Source: an uncultured Treponemataceae bacterium
Lineage (GTDB): Bacteria; Spirochaetota; Spirochaetia; Treponematales; Treponemataceae
Length of the DNA: 34,890 nt
Reading direction: 5' to 3'
NCBI GenBank assembly: GCA_964370725.1
Contig: CAYJLQ010000001.1
Coordinates: 1-34,890 of the forward strand
Positions 16,656-25,578 of this stretch are shown one piece after another (positions within the stretch are counted from its first letter, which is position 1; every line of letters begins with the position of its first letter). The notes under the pieces are model-generated. The model made no database searches. It was not told the origin of the DNA and worked only from the letters and a program-made list of their open reading frames with translations. A program made the position numbers and the translations under genes.

Positions 16656-16685
16656 TTGACAATGACACGTGTCATATCATACTAT
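16656..16685 (+). promoter_or_regulatory. alaS promoter (TTGACA, 18-nt spacer, TACTAT) with a perfect 14-bp palindrome in the spacer
   Basis: -35 TTGACA at 16656-16661, palindrome ATGACACGTGTCAT at 16662-16675, -10 TACTAT at 16680-16685. The ATG at 16693 lies 7 nt after the -10 and has no SD. Confidence 0.55.
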
Positions 16686-16692
16686 ATCCTGT

Positions 16693-18480
16693 ATGACTGC
16701 AAACGAATTAAGATCAAAATTTATAGAATTTTTTAAGACAAAAGAACACGCTGAAATTTCAGGTAAATCTGTAATTCCTGAAAATGATCCAACGGTACTA
16801 TTTACAACTGCTGGTATGCATCCATTGGTGCCATATTTAATGGGAGAACCCCATCCTGCAGGTAACCGTTTATGCGATTATCAAAAGTGTATACGTACAG
16901 GTGACATTGATTCTGTTGGGGACTCATCCCATCTTACCTGCTTTGAAATGCTTGGTAACTGGTCTTTGGGCGATTACTTTAAGAATGAATCAATTCATTG
17001 GAGCTTTGAGTTTTTAACAGAAAAACAATGGCTTAACATTCCAATTGATAAAATATCAGTAACAGTATTCGAAGGTGAAGAAGGAATTCCTCGCGATGAT
17101 GAATCTGCTGACTTATGGGCGAATTTAGGTATTCCACGAGAAAGAATTTATTTTTTACCACGTGAAGACAACTGGTGGGGTCCTGCTGGTGAAACAGGTC
17201 CATGTGGTCCAGATACAGAAATATTCTACGACACAGGGCTTTCATCTTGTGGTAGCGACTGTCGGCCAGGATGTTCTTGTGGAAAGTACATAGAAATGTG
17301 GAACAATGTTTTTATGCAATACTTTAAAGACAAAGATGGTAATTATACAAAACTTGATAGAAAATGTGTAGACACAGGTATGGGAATTGAACGTACCGTT
17401 GCTATGCTGCAAGGTAAAAAATCTGTGTACGATACAGAGGTTTTTAGACCAATATTAAATAGTTTAGAAGAATTAACAGGCAAAAAATATGGCGATGATG
17501 AAGTAGCTGATACTTCAATGCGCATTATTTGTGACCACCTTCGAGCTTCTGTGTTTATTTTAGGAGATCCTAAATCAGTGCTTCCTTCAAATGTGGGAGC
17601 AGGCTATGTTTTACGACGACTTATTCGTCGAAGTGTTCGACACGGTAAAAAGCTTGGCCTTGATGGAGAGTTTTTAGTAAAACCAGCTCAAGTCGTTATC
17701 GACAATTTTAAGATTGCATATTCTGAACTTGAAGAAAAAAAACAAGAGATTTTTGATGCTCTTAGAGCGGAAGAAGTAAAATTCTTAGATACACTTAAAA
17801 AAGGTGAAGCAGAATTCGAAAAACTTTTACCTAATTTAATGAGAAACCCGCAAAAAGTAATTCCAGGACGAGTAGCATTCCGTTTATATGACACATTTGG
17901 ATTTCCGATTGAACTTACTGAAGAGCTTGCAGCTGAAAATGGCTTTACTGTTGACAGAGAAGCTTTCGATGAAGCATTTAAAAAGCATCAAGAATTATCA
18001 CGAGCTGGAAGTGAACAAGTATTTAAGGGAGGTTTAGCTGATCATTCAGAACAAACCACCAAGTATCATACCGCAACGCATCTTTTACACCAAGCTTTAA
18101 CAAATGTATTAGGTGATGGTGTAGCTCAAAAAGGTTCAAACATTACAGCTGAGCGTATGCGCTTTGACTTTACTCATGGACAACCTATGACTAAAGAAGA
18201 AGTTCAACAAGTTGAAGACATTGTTAATGAACAAATTAAAGCAGATCTTCCTGTTACTATGGAAGTTATGGATATTGAAGAAGCCAAAAAAGCTGGAGCA
18301 AAAGCATTGTTCGGTGAAAAATATGAGCAAAAAGTTAAAGTTTACTCTGTTGGTAATTTTTCAAAAGAAGTTTGTGGTGGGCCTCATGTAGAGTCAACAG
18401 GCTTAATAGGAACATTCAAAATTCAAAAGGAACAATCATCTTCTGCAGGAGTGCGTCGAATTCGAGCTATTATTAACTAA
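16693..18480 (+). CDS. alaS: Alanine--tRNA ligase, short form (catalytic plus editing domains, no C-Ala/DHHA1 domain)
   Basis: The N-terminus RSKFIEFFK...H......S..P..DPT.LFT.AGM and FEMLGNWS.GDYFK are AlaRS class II blocks. The editing-domain zinc motifs H-TATH-LLH and CGGPH are present. The ORF ends about 25 aa after the CGGPH motif at ...GVRRIRAIIN. Start is ATG 16693 (MTANELR...). Confidence 0.93.
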   Translation: MTANELRSKFIEFFKTKEHAEISGKSVIPENDPTVLFTTAGMHPLVPYLMGEPHPAGNRLCDYQKCIRTGDIDSVGDSSHLTCFEMLGNWSLGDYFKNESIHWSFEFLTEKQWLNIPIDKISVTVFEGEEGIPRDDESADLWANLGIPRERIYFLPREDNWWGPAGETGPCGPDTEIFYDTGLSSCGSDCRPGCSCGKYIEMWNNVFMQYFKDKDGNYTKLDRKCVDTGMGIERTVAMLQGKKSVYDTEVFRPILNSLEELTGKKYGDDEVADTSMRIICDHLRASVFILGDPKSVLPSNVGAGYVLRRLIRRSVRHGKKLGLDGEFLVKPAQVVIDNFKIAYSELEEKKQEIFDALRAEEVKFLDTLKKGEAEFEKLLPNLMRNPQKVIPGRVAFRLYDTFGFPIELTEELAAENGFTVDREAFDEAFKKHQELSRAGSEQVFKGGLADHSEQTTKYHTATHLLHQALTNVLGDGVAQKGSNITAERMRFDFTHGQPMTKEEVQQVEDIVNEQIKADLPVTMEVMDIEEAKKAGAKALFGEKYEQKVKVYSVGNFSKEVCGGPHVESTGLIGTFKIQKEQSSSAGVRRIRAIIN

Positions 18481-18559
18481 TTTTTTTGTAACTATTTTAG
18501 AATTCGATTGTTTCTGTCCTAGGTGGATGTATATAGAAAAGTAGATAAGGAAGAGAAGA

Positions 18560-19645
18560 ATGAAACGATTTATGGCGTTATGTATTGTTGCTGTAAGTTC
18601 ACTGTCTTTTGTTTTTGCTCAAAATGACTTGCAACCGCTCGTTACAATTAAGCTAAACAAAACAGAGTCTATTACACTAAAACAATTAAAAGACAGAGTT
18701 GCAACATATGCAAAGCAAAGCGGTGTTGCTGATTTTACTGTAGAGCAAAAAAAAGAGATACTTGATTCGATGATTGATGAAAGGCTAGTTGTACAAGCTG
18801 CAACAAAAGCAGGAATTAACATTACCGATTCAATGGTAGATCAAGCATTTTTGCAATCAATTTCAGCTCAAGTAGGTGCAAATGTTACTGAACAGCAATT
18901 TGCAGAAATAGTACGATCTCAAAGTGGAATGTCTCTTAATGAATACTTCCAAATGCAAGTAGGCATGGATTTAGATGAATATAAAGACTACTTTAAGTCT
19001 CAGCTCATTGCACAACAATACGTAGTATCAGAAAAGCAAGCTGAACTACAACAAAATTCAAATGTAACTGATGCTGAAATTCGATCATTTTTTGAAATAA
19101 ATAAAGCCTCCTTTGTGCAAAACGATATTCTAAAATTGTTTTTAGTAGTTGTTCCTAAGGGAAGTGATGCAGCCGCTGCAAAGAAACTTGCTGGTGAATT
19201 ACATAGCGAGCTAAAATCAGGCAAGGTAACATATGATGAGCTACGATTACGAATGCAACAACCAACTGCAGGATTTCAAGCAGGCGATATGTATTTAAGT
19301 AAGGGCACATTAGCTGCTCAGCAACTTGGTATGGATTATGATACATTGCTAACCTTATTTACACGTAATGTTGGACATTTTGAAGATGTTACAGAAACAC
19401 AAACAGATTTCCAATTTTATGTTATTCAAGAAAAATACGGAGCTAAGCTCCTAAACTTAGACGATGTTGTGCAACCTGATACAACTGTAACAGTATATGA
19501 ATATATTCGCTCACAGTTATCACAACAAAAACAAGCAGGTGCTTTTGCAACAGTAGTAGCAGAAGTAACTGAATCACTTCGCACTAGCGAAAACTATCAA
19601 ATGCTTAAGACAGATTCAGCTCTTAATGCATTGTTAGACTGGTAG
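18560..19645 (+). CDS. SurA/PrsA-like periplasmic chaperone with SurA_N-type domain and an apparently degenerate parvulin domain
   Basis: A signal peptide is present, and LNKTESITLKQLKDRV...EQKKEILDSMIDERLVVQAA is SurA_N-like. The later segment has parvulin-like spacing, but the usual His positions read LFLVVV and FQFYVI. Confidence 0.55.
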   Translation: MKRFMALCIVAVSSLSFVFAQNDLQPLVTIKLNKTESITLKQLKDRVATYAKQSGVADFTVEQKKEILDSMIDERLVVQAATKAGINITDSMVDQAFLQSISAQVGANVTEQQFAEIVRSQSGMSLNEYFQMQVGMDLDEYKDYFKSQLIAQQYVVSEKQAELQQNSNVTDAEIRSFFEINKASFVQNDILKLFLVVVPKGSDAAAAKKLAGELHSELKSGKVTYDELRLRMQQPTAGFQAGDMYLSKGTLAAQQLGMDYDTLLTLFTRNVGHFEDVTETQTDFQFYVIQEKYGAKLLNLDDVVQPDTTVTVYEYIRSQLSQQKQAGAFATVVAEVTESLRTSENYQMLKTDSALNALLDW

Positions 19646-19649
19646 GTAT

Positions 19650-20090
19650 ATGGCACGCCGAAAGGGAAGAATTTTAGCTTTTCAAGCATTATATGCTTGG
19701 GAAACAGGAGCAGTAGATTCCTCAAATATTTTAGAGTTTGCATGGGCTTCTTCTGCCCTTTTGGACCGCATGGGTGATGAAGGTCTTGCTTTTTCAAGAA
19801 TAATTGTACAAGGTACACTTGATCACCTAGAAGAGATTGACGAGATTATTTCAAAACACTTAGTGAATTGGGATTTTTCTCGTCTTAACAAAGTTGATGT
19901 TGCAATTTTGAGAATTAGTGTGTATTCATTGTTGTATCAAAAAGATATACACCCTTCAATAACAATTGATGAAGCGATTGATATATCTCAAGAATTTGGG
20001 ACTGATGATTCATTTCGCTTTATCAATGGGGTTTTAGGAGCTATTCAATCGGCTCATGGCTCTGATAAAGGGTCAGCCGAGAATACCTAA
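19650..20090 (+). CDS. nusB: Transcription antitermination factor NusB
   Basis: RRKGRILAFQALYAWE, W...RL..VD.AILRISVYSLLY and INGVLGAI are typical NusB blocks. Confidence 0.9.
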   Translation: MARRKGRILAFQALYAWETGAVDSSNILEFAWASSALLDRMGDEGLAFSRIIVQGTLDHLEEIDEIISKHLVNWDFSRLNKVDVAILRISVYSLLYQKDIHPSITIDEAIDISQEFGTDDSFRFINGVLGAIQSAHGSDKGSAENT

Positions 20091-20102
20091 TAACGAACGC
20101 CC

Positions 20103-21899
20103 ATGAGCGCCTTTTGTATACGCATTATTAAACGTTCCATATTTCTTTTTGTAATCATTTCTTTAGTATTTTCATGTACATTTAGCTCAGTCGGAGAGTC
20201 AATCGATGAAAGACTCTCCGAGGTTGACTCTCTAATAGCTATCGGTGACTATAATCGAGCTTGGTCGTCATTAAAAAAAATAGCTAAAACAATTCGAAGC
20301 CCTTCAGAAACGCTTGGGGTTGTGAGGCGAGCACTTATTCTTCAAAAAGACGATTTTGCTAAAGATCAACTTATAGACATACTAGATACACATCCTGAAA
20401 ATCAAGAAATTTTAGCCGTATATACTCACATGCTTATTGTAGAAAAAAACTATGAAAAAGCACTTGCGTATGCTCAAAAGCTTGAAGGTGGAGAATATGG
20501 CTCTCTTTATGCAGAACTTCGATTTAAAGTTGATCAACAAGAACTATTAGAAGTAAACAGCAAAAAAAAAGAAGGTGAAGAAAAGGCTGTTATAGATTAT
20601 CATTCAGATACATATGTTCAAGCCTACGTTGATATTTATAATTCTACAGGCGATACTGCATACTTGCGTAATGCTTCACTTGTACATGCGCTACAGGGCA
20701 ATATGGTCCAATCATTTAGTTATCATCCAAATACTATTACTGTATATGAAAATCCTTGGTTTTGGGCGCAGATAGCGTATGACTCACATAATTTTGAGCA
20801 AGTAATTGCAGATTTGCAAATATTTGAACAAACGCCAAGCGAAATGGCCTTACTAGCTGATGCCTATGTTCAATTAGGATTGCTAGATGATGCGCAAATA
20901 GTTTGGGAAAAATCAACACAGTCGTTTGAAAACGAAAATCCAATAGCATGGCATAATATTGCTTTACATCATCAACAATTAGGAAATGCTAAAGAAGCTA
21001 ATGATCTAGTATTACATATAGTTTCTACATTTCCAGACTATGTAGAGGGGCTAAGTGCATATGGCCGATTTAGCTTATTAGATACGCCAAATAGTACTGC
21101 ATCAGTTTTTGTTCCATTGCTGGAAGAAAAAGGCCTTCAAACTATTCAAATGTCAAATAATGCTACAATTGCTCACTTAGATACAAATGATGCACTCGAT
21201 AAGATAGATGCAGCTTTGAAAACCTTAAAGTTAGTTGATGAAAGTAAAGCTATGGCTTTAGAAGTTGAAAAGTTAAAATTACTGTGGAACTCAGTATTAA
21301 AAGGTACTACTACGCAACAAAAAGTTGCAAATATTTGGCAGCTACTAGAGGAAAATGTCCGGGATCCATATGGATACAATTCTGTTTTAGTGCAATTTAG
21401 TGTGTGGTACTTTTTTACTCAAGGTATGATAGGCGAAGCTGATGCTTTGTTTACAACACATTGCACATCACGTTATGCTTCACATTATGAAGCCTTAGAA
21501 AAATATGTAAAAACTCCTATTGATAATATGGAAGGCTGGGAATACGAATATGGTGGATATTTAGCATTAAAACAAAATCGCTTTGATGATGCACAAGAGT
21601 GGCTATTGCGCCTTATGCCGAATAATACCATATCTCCAACCACTCCTATTACTTCTGCTGTAAATTTGTCTACCTTATACAATGCAACGGGAAAAAGAAA
21701 TTTAGCACTATTATTATATGAGCAAATGTTAGATTATATTAAAGATTCTGCAATAAAGGCAGATGTATATTATAGGATGGCACTTATACAGTATGAGGCT
21801 GGGGATATAAAAACGGCTTCAATCCTACTGGATGAAGCCTTATTGCTCGATTATAATCATAGTTCGGCAAGACTTTTGCAAAAAAATATTAATAACTAA
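20103..21899 (+). CDS. TPR-repeat lipoprotein, function unknown
   Basis: The signal sequence carries the lipobox LVFSC. Multiple TPR-like A/Y/L helical repeats follow (for example ADVYYRMALIQYEAGDIKTASILLDEALLLDYNH). Confidence 0.6.
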   Translation: MSAFCIRIIKRSIFLFVIISLVFSCTFSSVGESIDERLSEVDSLIAIGDYNRAWSSLKKIAKTIRSPSETLGVVRRALILQKDDFAKDQLIDILDTHPENQEILAVYTHMLIVEKNYEKALAYAQKLEGGEYGSLYAELRFKVDQQELLEVNSKKKEGEEKAVIDYHSDTYVQAYVDIYNSTGDTAYLRNASLVHALQGNMVQSFSYHPNTITVYENPWFWAQIAYDSHNFEQVIADLQIFEQTPSEMALLADAYVQLGLLDDAQIVWEKSTQSFENENPIAWHNIALHHQQLGNAKEANDLVLHIVSTFPDYVEGLSAYGRFSLLDTPNSTASVFVPLLEEKGLQTIQMSNNATIAHLDTNDALDKIDAALKTLKLVDESKAMALEVEKLKLLWNSVLKGTTTQQKVANIWQLLEENVRDPYGYNSVLVQFSVWYFFTQGMIGEADALFTTHCTSRYASHYEALEKYVKTPIDNMEGWEYEYGGYLALKQNRFDDAQEWLLRLMPNNTISPTTPITSAVNLSTLYNATGKRNLALLLYEQMLDYIKDSAIKADVYYRMALIQYEAGDIKTASILLDEALLLDYNHSSARLLQKNINN

Positions 21900-21901
21900 C
21901 T

Positions 21902-22990
21902 TTATTTTTTTAACAGTGCTGCAAATGGATTATAGGTTTCTTCTGTATCTTGTTTATCTAAGTAGTATTCAACATCACTTTCTTGCTCTTTTGCAACAGC
22001 AGGGCGAAGAGAGATACGTCTTTCATTTGTATCGATGCTTTGAATAACAACGGTCATTATATCACCAGTTTTAAACAGTTTTCGCAAATTAGTTCCACCC
22101 TGTGCACTTTGTATCTCTGAAATATGTACAAGACCATCGAGTCCTTCTTCAAGAGTAACAAATAATCCAAAATCAGCAATTCTTGAAACAGTTCCCTTGT
22201 GTTTTGTTTCATCTCTATACTTTTCTTTTGCTGTGTCCCAAGGGCTTTTAATAAGTGCTTTCATACTTACACTTACTTTTTCAGTTGCCCAATCAGTTTT
22301 AAGTATTTTTACATCAATTGACTGTCCAACTTTTAAGTGCTTGGATACATCATCAATTCTACTTAATGAAACCTCTGAGATAGGAAGCAGAGCTTGAAAA
22401 CCATCAATGATTACAAAAGCTCCGTAGCTTTGAAGCGAAGAAACTGTAGCTTTTACAACCATTCCCTCTTTTAAAGTATCTTTTAGTTTTTCAATGCTAT
22501 TTTCATGCTCTTGAACTAATACTGCTTTGTTTGATACAAGGATATTTTTGCCGCCTTCTTTATATTCTTGTATAATAAAGGTAAGGTGTTTTCCAATAAA
22601 AAAAGATGGCTCTTCTTTTTGTTTAAATCCCATTTGTGAAAATGGGCAAAAGGCTCTTGTTTGACCAATTTTTACTTCAAATCCACCTTTAATTTCTTTT
22701 TCTACAAATCCTTCAACTGGTATTTTGCCTGTATAAGCTTTTTCTAACATTGTTTTGTCAGCTTTATCTGAGCTAATTTTTGTTGTAAAGCGCATTTCTC
22801 CATTCTTTTCACCCAAAAAGAACACTTTAATAGAGTCGCCTTCTTTTACTGTAACATTTCCATCTTCATTTGTTAGCTCTAGAATGTCTAAAACACCCTC
22901 TGACTTAGTATTTAAATCTAAAAAAATATAATCTTTTGTGATAGCAACAATTGTAGTTTCAATTTGTTCGCCTTGTTCTAAAAACTTCAT
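21902..22990 (-). CDS. S1 RNA-binding-domain protein (four S1-like repeats; ribosomal protein S1 homolog)
   Basis: Repeated S1/OB blocks are present: G.V..I...GAFV.I.G..ALLPISE, and G.VSRIADFGLFV.LE.GLDGLVHISE. GGAGGA lies upstream of the ATG. Confidence 0.8.
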   Translation of the reverse strand: MKFLEQGEQIETTIVAITKDYIFLDLNTKSEGVLDILELTNEDGNVTVKEGDSIKVFFLGEKNGEMRFTTKISSDKADKTMLEKAYTGKIPVEGFVEKEIKGGFEVKIGQTRAFCPFSQMGFKQKEEPSFFIGKHLTFIIQEYKEGGKNILVSNKAVLVQEHENSIEKLKDTLKEGMVVKATVSSLQSYGAFVIIDGFQALLPISEVSLSRIDDVSKHLKVGQSIDVKILKTDWATEKVSVSMKALIKSPWDTAKEKYRDETKHKGTVSRIADFGLFVTLEEGLDGLVHISEIQSAQGGTNLRKLFKTGDIMTVVIQSIDTNERRISLRPAVAKEQESDVEYYLDKQDTEETYNPFAALLKK

Positions 22991-23093
22991 GCATCCTCCG
23001 AATATTCTAACTATATCAAATTTTAATACTTTTGACTAGCATTTAAAATATCTTCTTACTTGACACTTAGCGCTCTATGTGGTATGTATAACT

Positions 23094-24932
23094 ATGACAG
23101 AAAATAAAACCCCTCTAACAATGGCCGATGTACGCACAATATGTGCTAGTGCTGTTGCAGCAAATCTTACATTGCTTGCAAAACAAAAAAAAATTGATCT
23201 TAGCTCTTCTGGCTTTTCAGTAAATGCTGTTTTGAGCACTGATATTACAATTGAAATACCACCGAACCCAGAAATGGGCGATATAGGAATACCACTATTT
23301 GCATTTGCAAAAGCATTTAGAATGGGGCCTCCACAGATTGCAGTTGAAATAGCAAAAATGGTAGATAACGACTGCGAAGCCGCTGAAATAGGAACTTTTG
23401 CAGCAGTTGGCCCATATGTTAATGTTAAGTTAAATAAATCTTTAGTGTCAAAAATTGTACTCAATAAAATTATTAAACAAGGCGACACTTATGGTAGTTA
23501 TGATGATTCAGATAAAAAGCCTTTAGACGGTAAACGAGTAATGGTTGAGTTCTCTAGCCCTAATACAAATAAGCCTCTACACCTAGGGCATTTGCGAAAT
23601 GACGCACTTGGAGAAAGTTGTTCACGGCTATTAAAAACAGCTGGTGCTGATGTATTCAAGGTTAATATAATTAATGACCGCGGTGTTCATATTTGTAAGT
23701 CTATGCTTGCTTATCAAAAGTTTCACGAAGAAAAAGGCGAAACACCACAAAGCTTAGGTGTTAAAAGCGACCGTTTTGTTGGTGACTGTTATGTAGAGTA
23801 TAATAATTATAGTACAGATAATCCTGAAGCTGAAAAAGAAGCTCAAAACTTGCTAGTAGAATGGGAAAAAGGCAATGAAGATGTTCGAAAGCTTTGGAGA
23901 ACAATGAATGATTGGGCTATAAGCGGGGTTAAACAAACATACGAGAGAACCGGTATTACGTTCGACAAGTTATACTTTGAAAGCGAAACCTACTTAAAGG
24001 GAAAGGAAGAAATACTTCAGGGCTTAGAAGATGGTATTTTTTATAAAGAAGAAGACGGTTCTGTTTGGATAGATCTTGCAGAAATTAATCTTGATAAAAA
24101 GGTGCTTTTGCGAAAAGATGGAACAGCGCTTTATATGACTCAAGATATTGGGACAGCTATATATAGGCACTCTGATTGGGACTTTAATCAATTAGTATAT
24201 GTTGTTGGTAATGAGCAAAATTATCACTTTACGGTGCTTTTTTATATCTTAAAAAAGCTTGGGTATACATGGGCAGACCAACTCTTCCATTTGTCTTATG
24301 GTATGGTGAATTTACCGGAAGGTAAAATGAAGAGTCGAGAAGGGACAGTAGTAGATGCTGATGATTTAATTGATAACCTACGAGATGGCGCTATAGAAGA
24401 AATAAACGAAAAGGGTAGAGAAAATGCTGTTGGCGATGTTTCAGATGTAGGAGAAAAAGTTGCTCTTGCCGCCCTTCATTATTTTTTACTGCAAACTAGC
24501 CCAACAAAAGATATGACTTTTAATCCAAAAGAATCGCTTTCATTTAATGGCAATACAGGGCCTTATTTGCAATATATGGGTGCTCGCATATCTTCAATCT
24601 TAAAAAAGGCACACGATTCAGGCTTAACAAGCGATGCTAACGAATGTAACTTTTCTTTATTAAAGCATGATGCAGAGTGGGAACTTGTTAAAACGCTGGA
24701 AATGTATCCAAAAACAGTGCAACGTTCTGCAGAGAATCTTGACCCAAGTTTGCTTGCGAATTATACCTATGATGTTGCTAAGGCTTTTAGTAGGTTTTAC
24801 CATGATTGTCCAATTTTGGCAGCTGAAGATGAGGGGCTAAAAAAAGCACGCTTAGAACTTGCAAAGTCTACACTTGTCGTGCTTAAAAATGCTATGAGTC
24901 ATATTTTAGTACCATTTTTGGAAACAATGTAG
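23094..24932 (+). CDS. argS: Arginine--tRNA ligase
   Basis: The class I HIGH-type motif is [16 protein letters not shown], and the MSSR(K)-type loop is KMKSREG. The C-terminal anticodon-binding DALR-like region is present. The start is uncertain among GTG 23079, ATG 23094 and ATG 23121. Confidence 0.92.
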   Translation: MTENKTPLTMADVRTICASAVAANLTLLAKQKKIDLSSSGFSVNAVLSTDITIEIPPNPEMGDIGIPLFAFAKAFRMGPPQIAVEIAKMVDNDCEAAEIGTFAAVGPYVNVKLNKSLVSKIVLNKIIKQGDTYGSYDDSDKKPLDGKRVMVEFSSPNTNKPLHLGHLRNDALGESCSRLLKTAGADVFKVNIINDRGVHICKSMLAYQKFHEEKGETPQSLGVKSDRFVGDCYVEYNNYSTDNPEAEKEAQNLLVEWEKGNEDVRKLWRTMNDWAISGVKQTYERTGITFDKLYFESETYLKGKEEILQGLEDGIFYKEEDGSVWIDLAEINLDKKVLLRKDGTALYMTQDIGTAIYRHSDWDFNQLVYVVGNEQNYHFTVLFYILKKLGYTWADQLFHLSYGMVNLPEGKMKSREGTVVDADDLIDNLRDGAIEEINEKGRENAVGDVSDVGEKVALAALHYFLLQTSPTKDMTFNPKESLSFNGNTGPYLQYMGARISSILKKAHDSGLTSDANECNFSLLKHDAEWELVKTLEMYPKTVQRSAENLDPSLLANYTYDVAKAFSRFYHDCPILAAEDEGLKKARLELAKSTLVVLKNAMSHILVPFLETM

Positions 24933-24983
24933 GTAGCAATTAACCACGTAGCATAAATTTGTAATATAGTGTATAATTCACGC

Positions 24984-25574
24984 ATGATGTTTAAAAAGAT
25001 ATTTGTACTTGCTCTACTGCTTTGCTCTGCACACACCCTTTTTTCTCAAAGCCAAGATTTTTTCTTTTGGCATTGGGATATAGGTACTTCGGCTGTAATA
25101 TATGGCGATGATACAGTTAATGAAGAAAATAAGCTTGTATATGCAGAAAATACTGGGCGTTTTATAATTACTGGCGATTTAGGAATAGGCATTGAATTGG
25201 ACGACAGGGTTCGATTTGTAACTGGTGGAATAATTCTTGCAGACTTTGCATTTAATACAGATGTGCATGCAAATCACTTAGATTATGGTTTTTTCTCAGG
25301 AGTCCGAATCTATCCTAATCTCGCAGGATTTAATTTTGGTGTCGACTATGTTTTAGGTAGCAGAACTGATTTTATTAAGCTTCCTGGAGCAAATGATTCG
25401 AGAGTAACTTCAACGCCGTGGGGTAATGGGTTTCGTTTTAATGTAGGGTATGATTTTTCATATTCCGGTAAAAGATTTGCACCAAATGTTGAAGGTGCTT
25501 ATAGGATGATGCCGAGAGGCGGAAGCTATGATCACTATTTTTCTATTTTCGTAAATTTTAACATTTTTCCATAA
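24984..25574 (+). CDS. Hypothetical small outer-membrane beta-barrel-like protein
   Basis: Signal peptide MMFKKIFVLALLLCSAHTLFSQ. The body is rich in G/Y/F alternating strands and the C-terminus reads FVNFNIFP. Start is set at ATG 24984 because the track start GTG 24969 overlaps a TATAAT box. Confidence 0.5.
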   Translation: MMFKKIFVLALLLCSAHTLFSQSQDFFFWHWDIGTSAVIYGDDTVNEENKLVYAENTGRFIITGDLGIGIELDDRVRFVTGGIILADFAFNTDVHANHLDYGFFSGVRIYPNLAGFNFGVDYVLGSRTDFIKLPGANDSRVTSTPWGNGFRFNVGYDFSYSGKRFAPNVEGAYRMMPRGGSYDHYFSIFVNFNIFP

Positions 25575-25578
25575 GCAT

